Source of the DNA: Eledone cirrhosa
Lineage: Eukaryota
Assembly: GCA_964016885.1 (NCBI GenBank)
Contig: OZ024740.1
Span: forward strand, 144,212,001-144,276,000
Length of the DNA: 64,000 bases
Reading direction: 5' to 3'
The notes below the pieces were generated by a model that was not told where the DNA came from, made no database searches, and was given only the letters and a program-made list of their open reading frames with translations. The position numbers and the translations under genes were made by a program. This document shows positions 53,166 through 64,000 of the stretch, piece after piece. Position 1 is the stretch's first letter; each line of letters starts with the position of its first letter.

Positions 53166-53267
53166 CAGGGTGTCCCACAAAAATGTATACACACTGATTA
53201 CATGTACAGGCAATATTTTTATAAGAATGCTGTTGAAATGTGTATATATATTTTTGGGGACACCCTG
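53166..53267. mobile_element. Tc1/mariner-type MITE of about 100 bp
   Basis: TA-cagggtgtcccacaaaaatgtatacaca ... tgtgtatatatatttttggggacaccctg. Confidence 0.75.
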
Positions 53268-54743
53268 TGTGTATGTGTGTATAATTGTTTATACACACAC
53301 ATGCATACATACATATATATACACATACATACAACAACCCATTTAATCATGGAAAAGCAAATATAAAAAGGATGATGATGAACATATATAAAATATGTAT
53401 ATACAAGCAGGGAAAAGCAGATGTAAAATGATAGGTATGTTTGTACTGATGTAACACAATATCTAACAGTCTTAGTAACACACACACATTAAACAATAAA
53501 CAGTTTACATGTTATTTTGTAAATCTGTTATCAATGTCTTTTAATGAAATAAAAATCAACAAAGTAAAGGAAAAATAACAAAGAGTGAATCAGATATTTT
53601 ACTGGGGCACTGTTTACAAGAATTTTGTCAATATTATCAATTCCAGTACTTGTTTCACTTTGGTACTTATTTATCCTACGATGTGGGATAAAATCAAGAA
53701 CACACACATGGACTCTCACACACAAACATCAATACACACAGTTTTCCAAATTTTACTTTCAAAGTATTGGTCAATCTGAGGTTATAGTAGAAGATACTTG
53801 AATAAATCTGAAACATGGTATTTACAAAGTGCCCTTCTTAACCATACAGCTAAGCCTGCACCTAAATTAAACAATATCTATTTTGATATGGTATTTCAAC
53901 AATAGGTGCAGTGAATCCCAACTCAACTGCAACCAGTACAGATTAACCTGTTTAATACCAATCTGCCCCAAACCACCCATAGTAAAGCATTCATGTTTCA
54001 ATTATAGTGATAACTTGAGATTCCAGTGGTTAAACACTAATGTGATAATATATACCAATATATTAAGTCAAATAAAACCTTTAAAATCTTTTATTGAAGC
54101 ACAGGCAGATTACACATTAGAAATATAGTTATGAAATGGTTAAGGTTAAAGATTAGGATTTAAGCTTAGAGTTAAATGGAAATGGGAAATTGAAAACGAA
54201 AATGTTCTCTTATTTTTTTTTGCAGGATTATTTTCTCCAAAGTTAAAAAAAATTCTAAAAATTTTAGAAACTTAGTGGGTGGATGTTTATTGAATCACAA
54301 CACTATTGCATCTCACCATCTCTCTCACACACAAATTAATAAAATACCATCACAGTAGACTGACTTGTTGAACCAATGTCCAATAGATTAATACCCCTTT
54401 TATCTCTGCAGCAGAGAAGCCCTGGGTGTAATTAATGAATGGCATTCTCTAGGACAGATGTATCCCTGTTGCCACTTAACCTCCACCACGCCTACTGGCC
54501 CACAAAGCTGACATCGAGTGTCATTCAGGGACCATCTGCTATCGATATAACACCAAATTAGCAGGCTGTCTCCAAATCGAATTAGTCCACTATTTTCTAT
54601 TTTGTAATTTTTTTCTATCTCCTATCTTCTATTCTGTTTGGGTTCAACGTAATCTTGTTACATAATTCTGCAAATAACACCTGAAGAAATTGCCTAGTCA
54701 TGTATTATAATCAGACAATATAACTGGGCCATATATACATACA

Positions 54744-55835
54744 CAGGGTGGGGCATAATTCCTATTACAAAGTTTTAAATCAATTTTTAAAATACATTAT
54801 GTTAATATAACTAATATATTTGTATCAAATCCATGCACTATAACCATAACTATTTTTCAGAAAATTACGCCATTAACAATTTGCAATGTCCATAGAATTG
54901 AAAAGAAAGTTCATAATAGAGAAGCATGAAAAGGGTCTGACTCCACCCGAGATATTTAAACTGGGGAAAACTCTTAAGATCAATAGAATGTTGATCAAAA
55001 GGACAATCGATCGATTTAAGGAAACTTCCTTGACCAAAGACAGACCTCGCACCTCAAGAACACCAAAGCTCGTGTGAGGGAAAAAATAAGGCGTAATCCA
55101 AGAAAAATGGCAGAAGAAGCAGAAACATCACCGAGAACTATGCGGAGGATATTTCGAGATGATCTGGGGATGTCACCCTATAAGTTCCAAAAGAGGCAGC
55201 TTCTTTCTGCAGCCACAATTGAAAAGAGGCTCTCCAGAAGTAAACTGTTATTGAACCGCATCAAGGATGGCACGCTGCAAACATCATCTTTACAGATGAG
55301 AAGTTATTCACTGTGCAGCAGTCTCACAATCATCAAAATGATTGAGTACTTGCAAAAAGTCTCAAATCAATTCCTTTAAGTGTAGGAAAAGTGTTCAGAA
55401 CACAGAAACCAGCATCAGTGATGGTTTGGGCAGCCATTTCTGAAAGAGGGAAGTCTCCTCTGATTTTTGTGCCCCAAGGAGTTAAAATTAACAAAGAACT
55501 TTACATAAAGGATATTTTGGAAGGAGCACTGATACCATGGTGCACATCTCTTTATGGCGATGACATTTGGACTCTCCAACAAGATGGAGCGACGAGCCAC
55601 ACTGCTCGCGTAACACAACATGTGTAGAGACCATTGTCCTGCATGGATCAGTAAGGAAGAGTGGCCTCCCACATCACCAGATCTCAACCTTCTCGATTTT
55701 TCTTTATGGTCAATTCTTGAAAGTGAAGCCTGCTCTACTCCTAGCCAAAATATTGAAACTCTAAAATCAAAACTGAATTAAGTATTGGAGAAAATACCCA
55801 TGGAAACTGTTCGTGCAGCCATAGATGATTTGCAT
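54744..55835 (+). mobile_element. Tc1/mariner superfamily DD37D (maT) transposon; transposase pseudogene from 54886; right end missing
   Basis: cagggtg terminus; HTH region, FTDEK, SVMVWAAIS, QQDGA.SHT, WPPTSPDLNLLD; about 37 residues between the second and third Asp after repairing a frameshift. Confidence 0.88.
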
Positions 55836-55949
55836 AACGTTGAGTGCTTTTATTTGTTGCATCATCGTTTACCAACCCAAACCACCAGTTCTACCCATTG
55901 ATAAACAGCCTAACATAAATGATATATATATATATATATATAAATATAT

Positions 55950-58545
55950 CTTCATCGTTTAACGTCTATCTTCCACGCAAGCATGGGTTAGACAGGGGTT
56001 GTCCCAATTGGAGGCAAGGTTGGTTGGGTGACCGTGTCTCACTCATATAGGACTATCTGGCAGGTTTTCTACAGCTGGATGCCCTTCCTAACACCAACCA
56101 CATTTACAATGTGGACTGGGAACTTTTTACTGTGTGACCTACACGGCCACATTACAGCGTGGACTGTGTTTTTTTTGTCTTGACACCTAGACGATCTCGA
56201 TCTCATTAATTTGGACTGGATGTTGTGGTACCAACTTTACAGAGAAAGGGTGGTGTTGGTGGGAGAGGGAGGATGGAGTAGGGGTAGTGGATTGGGGTGT
56301 ATATTTGGTTAAGAGGTGCCTACTGACTGTAGGTTTTGCTTTGTACATAAGCAAGGCGGGTCTTCTGTATTACTGCGTGGCGCCAAAGATCTCGGTCCAG
56401 TGATATTGTCTTAGAGAGGTGCAAGTGTGTAAGGTCAGAATTTATCAAATCGTCCCAGATTTTTCTGAGTCTACCTACTCCGTAACTTCCATCAATTTTT
56501 ATCGCCTTGCACTTTTTTATACAGCTGTCGTCTTTCATGCGCATCACGTGATCATACCAACGTAGTCTTCTCTCAAGCAAACAACAACTGATCCCTCATA
56601 TTCATAATTTCTCACTTAGTTCATTTATGTTTAGCCGTTCACATATATTACTATTACACATCCAACGGAGGATGCATGCTTTGTTCCTTTCCAGTCTGCG
56701 CAGGTCCTCTGCACACAATGCCCATGTCTCACTGCCATGTAGCATTGCTGTTTGTATACAGGCATCATTCAATCTCCCTTTCATTTTTAGAGAGAAACCT
56801 TTTGTGGCCAACAGCGGTATAAGCTCTCTGAACTTTTTCCATCCTGTTCTGACTCTGGCTACTGTACTTTCAGAGCACCCTCCACCACTGCTGATTTTGT
56901 CACCCAGGTAACAGAAAGTGTCCACTATTTCTATAGAACCATCTGGGCAATAGAAGGAGCTAGTATCCTGTGGGCACTTGCTATTTATTGCACCTGAGCA
57001 TTGGCCACATAAAATCTACGTTCTTAGATAGTTTACCTGTGATCCCACATCTTTTATGTACCCATAATTTGCATTTGGGACATAAAATGGAATTTCTGAC
57101 TACTCCTTTCCTACACACTGAGCATGGCCATTTCCCAGAAGGCACCTGTGCCCTATTTTCCTTTCTACATACTAGAACTTTATTCTCAGACAAGTTAACT
57201 TTAAGGCCTTTTGATTCTAGGCCATGCTTCCATGTTTGGAATTTCTTTACTAGTTCAGCCATGAGAGTTAGATCATCTGCATATAGAAGTTCGCATGGGT
57301 AGCCGGTCTTGAACTCCTCTGTTATAGCCTGAAGGGCAATAATAAATAAGAGGGGGCTAAGGACAAAGCCTTGATAAACACCAACTTTTACACTAAATTC
57401 TTCACAATATTCATTGTTAATTCTAACCTTACTGACTGTTTCTTTATACATGGCTTGTATAGCTCTCACAAGCCATTCATCTACACCTAGTTTTCTAAGA
57501 GTCCACCAGATAATGGAGCAGGGGACTGTCAAAGGTTTTCTCCAGTTCTACAAAAGCTCAGTAGAGGGGTTTACTTTTAGCTATGTACTTCTGTAGTTGT
57601 CGTACAAGGAAAAGAGCATCTGTGGTACTTTTACCCGACACAAACCCAAATTGCATTTCATCTACCCTTGTAGCAGTTAAATGATGATGGAGCTACGCCA
57701 GTCTTTTGGTATGACCCCATTCTGTATTAGTTGGTTTACTATCCGAGTGACCATAGTATGTCCACCATTCCAGATGCTTTCAACATCTCAGCAACTATCT
57801 TCGAAGGCCCAGCTGCCTTGCCTGTCTTCATATCTTTGATTGCTTTACTTATTATACTACCTTTAACTTGCACTGCTGGTCCTTCTATTGGATCGATTTG
57901 GGGCAGACTATCTTTTTCCCATTCATTCTCCTCATTTAGTAGTCTCTCGTAGTGACACTTCCAAGCTACCTTCTTAGTATCAGTGAGGGCAAGTACACTA
58001 TTGTCATTACAGACATACTTCTCCCCGACAATATCACGGTTTTCCTTGACACATTGTCTTGCAATCCTGAACACCTCACATTTTTGGTCCTAACGTTATA
58101 GAACATGCTTGAACTTTCTATCCTCTGCTTCCCTTTTTGCAAAGTACACTTGTCTCCTGGCCACTTGATAGTGTTCTCTACTTCCCCTATTCTGCCATAC
58201 TTTCCAAGCCAGCTTTTTTGCCTTGATTGTCTCCTCCACCTTACTGTTCCACCACCAAGTTACTTTCCTCCTGCCAATAGGTCTGCTCCAGCCACAGATT
58301 TCATCCGTTGTCTTCAGCAGGTTAACTTTGAAGAATTCCCACTGTCCCTCTATATTGTACGTCTCTAATTGCTCTTCCTTACTGTCAAAAGCATCAAGTA
58401 ATAAGCTTTTAAATTTGTCACTAGTTGTGGGGTCCTTCAACTTCCATATTCTTCTCCTCAAGGTAGTCCTCTTCTGTCGCCGAGTACGTCTATTCCTGAC
58501 TATGAGGTCACTAACTACTTAGCTGTTGGGAGGTGCATTCTTCAC
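55950..58545 (-). mobile_element. 5'-truncated, frameshifted RTE LINE with PHD finger
   Basis: ORF pieces 58096-58461, 57739-58074, 56981-57532, 56602-56925, 56320-56580 are colinear with the 13520-15865 ORF; 3' UTR present. Confidence 0.93.
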
Positions 58546-59569
58546 GGGGGGGGGGGGGGGGGGATTTAGTGTTAACACACACACACACAATGGTTTTTGT
58601 TTTTCATCCGGCAGAGTGTCCAAAATCCCCCTCCACACCAAGCAAGCTTGATGAGGTTGCTGGTTTAATCATATATATATATATATATAGGCACATGTCT
58701 TATGGTTAGAGCATTTTCCTTGCAATCGAAAGGTTGTGAGTTCAATTCTCAGACCGGGTGATATGTCGTTTCCTTGAGCTAGACACTTTATTACACATTG
58801 CTCCAGTTTACTCAGGGACTGAGGTCCATATCATTCCACTGCAAAGTGGTCGTGGAGGTGCCACGGCAAAAAAAGCACCCAGCCCACACTGTAAATTGGA
58901 CGTGGAGGTGCCATGGTAAAAAAGCACCCAGCACTCACTGTAAATGAGGTTGGTGTTAGGAAGGGCATCCAGCTGTAGAAATCAAGCCAGAATCAGTTCC
59001 TGTCCCACCCTTGCAAGCAGGGAAAAAGCAGACGTAAAATGAAATGATCATGATGAAAATGATATATATATGAAAGAAATATCGTTTTTTACAAAAATAT
59101 AAAATAATTGGAAACAGGTGGAGAAGTTAAAACAGCTCAAAATACAGTAATTTATTACAATAAACAGTATAAAAGGCCGTTTCATACTTCTTTGAAAGAT
59201 TTTTTTTAAACAAGCATGTGTACAAAATCTTATTGTATTAAAAACAATTACGCATGAATCAAATTATTCTTACTGCTGTCTGTTGTGCAGTTTCGTGAGA
59301 CTTATGAGACTGTTACTTATAAGTAACTGATTTTGATAAGTCCCAACAAGGGGATGAAACGTTCGTAAATCTATATTTAACGTAAAAACATTTGGTAATT
59401 ACTTTAATCATCATCACCACCGTTTTACGTCCATTCTTCCACGCTAGCATGGGTTAGACAGGCTGTCCTGTTGTGGGCAGTGTCCAGTTGGCTGACCTTG
59501 TCTTGCTCATACAGGAACTGATTCTGGCTTGATTTCTACAGCTGGATGCCCCTCCAGAGAGAGAGAGAG

Positions 59570-59995
59570 AGGCTGAGCTGTCAAATGATCACCATCCAGT
59601 TATCTGCAACTTAAGACTACCTAAAGCCAAAGAAACTGACAGGTCCAGGGTGACCTACAGGATAAAATGGGAAACATTGGTGGGCAAGGAAGTCAAGACC
59701 AGGTGTGCAGATATTATTGCATCCAAATTCAGAGAACTCCTCAAATTGAGGATGTGATAGAGTTGATATTTTTTAGCTCAGCAGTTTCTGCAGGCTTGGT
59801 GTGGTAGGACACCTTGGTTCGATCAAAGGGTCAAAGATGTCATCTGAACAAAGAAGGAAGGCTACAAAGCTCAGCTTGGAAATATGTCCTTCATGCAGTA
59901 CAAGCAAGCACAAAGAATTGCAACAGAGACAGTAAAGGCGTCCAAAGTTAAGACATGAAAGGACTTTGGGGTTAGGCTTTCTAGAGGAAAATGGT
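59570..59995 (+). mobile_element. Degenerate Expander/Rex3-like RTE fragment (end of endonuclease)
   Basis: AELSNDHHPVICNL, RIKWETL motifs. Confidence 0.5.
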
Positions 59996-60074
59996 CTTCT
60001 AACACCCAGCATGACTTTTGCCCAAGAAGAAGTTGCCTTATGCAGTTCTTGCAGAATTATGACTGGATACTCAA

Positions 60075-60425
60075 ACAACTATTAGACCATTTGAACGTGG
60101 ATGTGATATATCTTGACTTTGACTTTCAAAGGAAACATCAATAACAAGCACAGCATGTCCTTCTGTAATACGTACAGCTTTCCTCAGAAGTTATGCTGAC
60201 GACACGAAAGTAGCACAGGCAATCAAGAAACCAGCAGATGCTACTCTTTTACAACAAGAATCAGATACCATATACAGATGGGCTGAAGATAACAATATGC
60301 AATTTAATGCAGGTAAGTTTTCAAGCCATCCACTATCAACCCACAAACACAGGACCAGGAGGAATCGAAATCCCTGACTCAAAATTAATATGGGACCTAT
60401 GTATTGACATGAGCAATGATGCATC
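60075..60425 (+). mobile_element. CR1-like RT fragment cut by the assembly gap
   Basis: VDVIYLDF, SYADDTK, W...NNMQFNAGKF motifs. Confidence 0.7.
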
Positions 60426-60625
60426 NNNNNNNNNNNNNNNNNNNNNNNNNNNNNNNNNNNNNNNNNNNNNNNNNNNNNNNNNNNNNNNNNNNNNNNNNNN
60501 NNNNNNNNNNNNNNNNNNNNNNNNNNNNNNNNNNNNNNNNNNNNNNNNNNNNNNNNNNNNNNNNNNNNNNNNNNNNNNNNNNNNNNNNNNNNNNNNNNNN
60601 NNNNNNNNNNNNNNNNNNNNNNNNN
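60426..60625. other. Assembly gap (200 N)
   Basis: Run of n characters. Confidence 1.
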
Positions 60626-61098
60626 GTAATAATTGAAAATATATCTAACTATAACTATTCAATTATAAACAACAAAGCTCATGCAGCTAGAAATTTGATG
60701 TTTAACCAAGATTCATATCATGAAAATTAAATAAGGTTCCATTTAAGTGTCAGAATGACTCAGTCAACAGTTTGTGTGTTGTCTCATACTACTCTAGTTA
60801 ATGGACATTTCAGATGCAAGATATTTTAATCAAAGGTTCCTTCTGCAAATGTTATCAAGATAAAATTGATCTTTTCAATCTGATTTTTTTTTAATACTTA
60901 TTACATCAGTATCCAACATGATTAAGTCTAAATATATATTCCCAGTGTTCACATTTTTTATCTCCTCAAAATACAAATATACCAAATAATAAATAGCCTT
61001 TTGAAAGCCTTCAGGTTAAAAAATATGTGGATTTTACATGATTTCTAATGCACAATGAGCATGGTTTTGAAATTTATTAAATAGACTTAGATTTACAT

Positions 61099-61156
<58 letters not shown>

Positions 61157-64000
61157 CTATTGTATTTTTGTGGTAAAGGGCTTTATTTTACATAATTATC
61201 TCACATAATATCGAATTTACGAGATTTTGATATTTATTTTGAGAATATCTTAATATAAGAATGAGTGGCCAGTTACAGCGGGTTTGAACAGAAAGAGGTG
61301 GGAGAATTCTGGTCAGATATGGCCAGTTTAAATGCTAAAGGGTTAAATGAGAAAAACTGGATATTCAATTAGTTTCATTTTTATATCATGCATGTATGCC
61401 TTTTATTTAAGATTTAGGAAATAATTTCAACCATATCTAGTTTTAAAGTTCTATTTTGAGTAATAAACTCAGTATTTAAAGAAAACAAACTGCGTTTGAA
61501 GTATTACAAGCAGGAGCTAAGGATCTTTTTTAAATGTCTTATTTGCAATCTGTGTACTACATTTTCTTTTTTCTATTATAAATTAAGTCTCAGTATCTGG
61601 TAATGATTTAGCAGAAACTATCTAAAAATAAGTTAATTTAAATGTGTAGAGTCTCTTTACAGCAGGACAGATTATTGGAAACATTTGCAATATTAGTGGA
61701 ACAATATTAATTTTTCATGTGATGAAGTCAGTGCTGTTTTATACTTTTTAAGAATGTCTTGCTAATGCAGTTTCATGTGGTACATAACGTTAGTTAAATC
61801 AGCTGCTAAACATAGAATATATATGGTGATTAAAAGGAAACAAAATGCCTCTTTAGGCAGAGATTTATGTTTAGACAAATTGGAAGATAAGAAAGAAAAA
61901 AATTCAAATAGACAATACATATAAAGCCGGGAACACAATGTTTAAATTTTCAGCCATATTTCAGTCCAATATCTAGTAATTGATAATGGTATTACTACTC
62001 CAGTCACTGGATATGACACCTTCCTGTACAACCTGATTAAATATACAAATGACTAGCATGTGTCCTGCTTTGCAGATATTTTCAGTGTCTCAGTAACTAT
62101 CACTGAGGTCCACTGAATTTCCTTGTCTTTATTTCATCAACTGCACTTTCAACTTCAATAGCTGGTCCCTCTATTGAGTCCACTTGAGGTAGATTCTCTC
62201 TCACCAATTCATTCTCCATATTTAGCAGTCTATTGTAGATTTTCTATGTCCCTTTCTTCTCAACATCAGTAATGACTGGCAAGTGCACCACTATCATTGT
62301 GTACATACTTTTCAACAAAATTGTCTTGCAATCTGAAACACCTCACACCCAGATCCTTTCATTAAAGAACATTGGCAAATCTTACTTTCAGCTTCTCCCT
62401 ATGCTACATTTATTTGACATTCAGCAACCTAATATTGTACTTTGCTTCCTCACTCTTCCTATAATATTTTCAAGCCCACTTCTTGGCTTCTATAGCACTC
62501 ACTATCCACCATACCATCTGACAAACATTGATCTATCCACAAATTTTGTCTGCGGTTTAATGCAGATTGCCTCATTGAATCTTTCATTTTCTAAGTGTCT
62601 CATACTCCTCCTTGTCATCATGTGTGACATTCCTTCTCCAAATTGTTTTGTCTAAATTCATCTTGCACACATTCTGAGGTTGCTAATCATTAGTCTATGT
62701 GGAGTGGTTTTCTTCACCAGGGAAAGAATATATATTTACAACCAATTACCTATCACATGTCTTACTAAGTATTAAGTCTACCCAGCTTACATGTTCATTT
62801 GATCAGCTGCTGATCAAGTGGCTGGACAGTTCCAGAAGTTGCTCATTTGTACCATGGAACGTCACAAACCTTGATCCTTCATCATTTCTTGTACTATATC
62901 CATAACACCCAGAGCAGTCATCATGGTGTTTCCCAACACATCAATTAAAGTCACAAGCTATGATTAAGTCACCATTACTCGTTATCAAAGTAGCCTGACC
63001 TTTTGCTTGTCTCATTGTGGTGCTTAAACAGAGATCTCTATTGCTGTCATACTGCTCATAACTTGCCTCATCTTAACATTAAACTGAAATATTTACCACT
63101 AGGAATCAAAACTGGGCTACAAACTTACTACTTGCACAATTAAAAACATAGTTTGTATTTTATGAAGAAAGAAATGTTTCTCATTTCTGAGAGCTTTCTT
63201 AACTATTCTCCTTGATACTTATTTTTAAAATATTAACAAAAGTTCTTTCCATTCGATACCCAGAGAGAAAAAGAAAGAAAGGAGCCCTTAATTTCTATTG
63301 GAGTTGTAGGGGTGCCATCATTGGTCCTTTTAAACCTGGCCAAGCCCATTCCTCTTCAGGTCAGATTACAGTTGATTTCTTCCAGAAAAGTAACAAAGTA
63401 ACAAAGAGAAAGAATCAACCTCAATGCTAGACTGGTATTGTATTTATCATAACACTAGATAATGCTGGCAGGAGCTGGATGAGCCTTTTTGAAGCAGAAT
63501 TCTTCACCCGTCTAATCACTGACATAAACAAATATCAATATCAATTAAGAAATTTATAAAAACACATACACACAACAGACTTCATACAGTTTCCAATCTA
63601 GCAAATTCACTCAAAAGGCATTCGTTATTCCAACGTTAAGACAGAAGACACTTAAAACCAAAGACCATGGTAATTAATTTGCAGCTACATCTCTATTACC
63701 ACTAAATTTGTGTGCGTGTATGTGTATTACACATTGAATAAAATGATTTTAAAGTCCTTTTTTTTTCTTTTTTTATTATTGTATACTAAGCATTTCACAT
63801 GATTTTGCTTTTTTACAGGTTTCAATAATATGGATTGTTCTAAATAAATCTTAATATCCTTTACTTCTTTCTCTCCAATTCTTGTCCCATTAATTCGCCT
63901 CAAAATTCCACTACCATATTTACTTGTCAAGAGGGCTTCACTGTTTGCTGATTTAGTTGAGATTTGGAAAGGCTAACCATCTTTTACTATAAATGTCATA

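Noticed and set aside
60238-60730. ORFs containing X runs
   Set aside because: Artefacts of translating through the N gap.
62272-62655. 127-aa ORF and other short ORFs in AT-rich intron sequence
   Set aside because: No recognisable domain or splice context; consistent with chance or decayed TE sequence.

Overview
AT-rich, repeat-dense animal genomic DNA; the SINE/RTE repeat content looks like a coleoid cephalopod such as an octopus (inference). The minus strand carries the last nine coding exons (about 456 aa; all GT-AG introns, reading phases consistent) of a PSD/EFA6-type Arf6 GEF with Sec7, PH and coiled-coil domains. Its 5' exons were not found here, and a 200-N gap lies at 60426-60625. 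The introns are full of transposons: RTE LINEs whose ORF carries a PHD finger after the RT (one copy with about 780 open codons), two stacked Tx1/L1 elements, non-autonomous Helitrons, a DD37D (maT) transposon, TTAA- and TA-type MITEs, tRNA-derived SINEs and CR1-like relics. The most unusual structure is at 12336-16367: a ~275-bp inverted repeat with a minimal type I hammerhead ribozyme motif in each arm, a perfect 66-bp palindrome at its inner junction, and a young RTE splitting the second arm. The copy with the intact core is in the host pre-mRNA orientation, about 220 nt from a splice acceptor. I cannot claim a new biological system; these are candidates to test.
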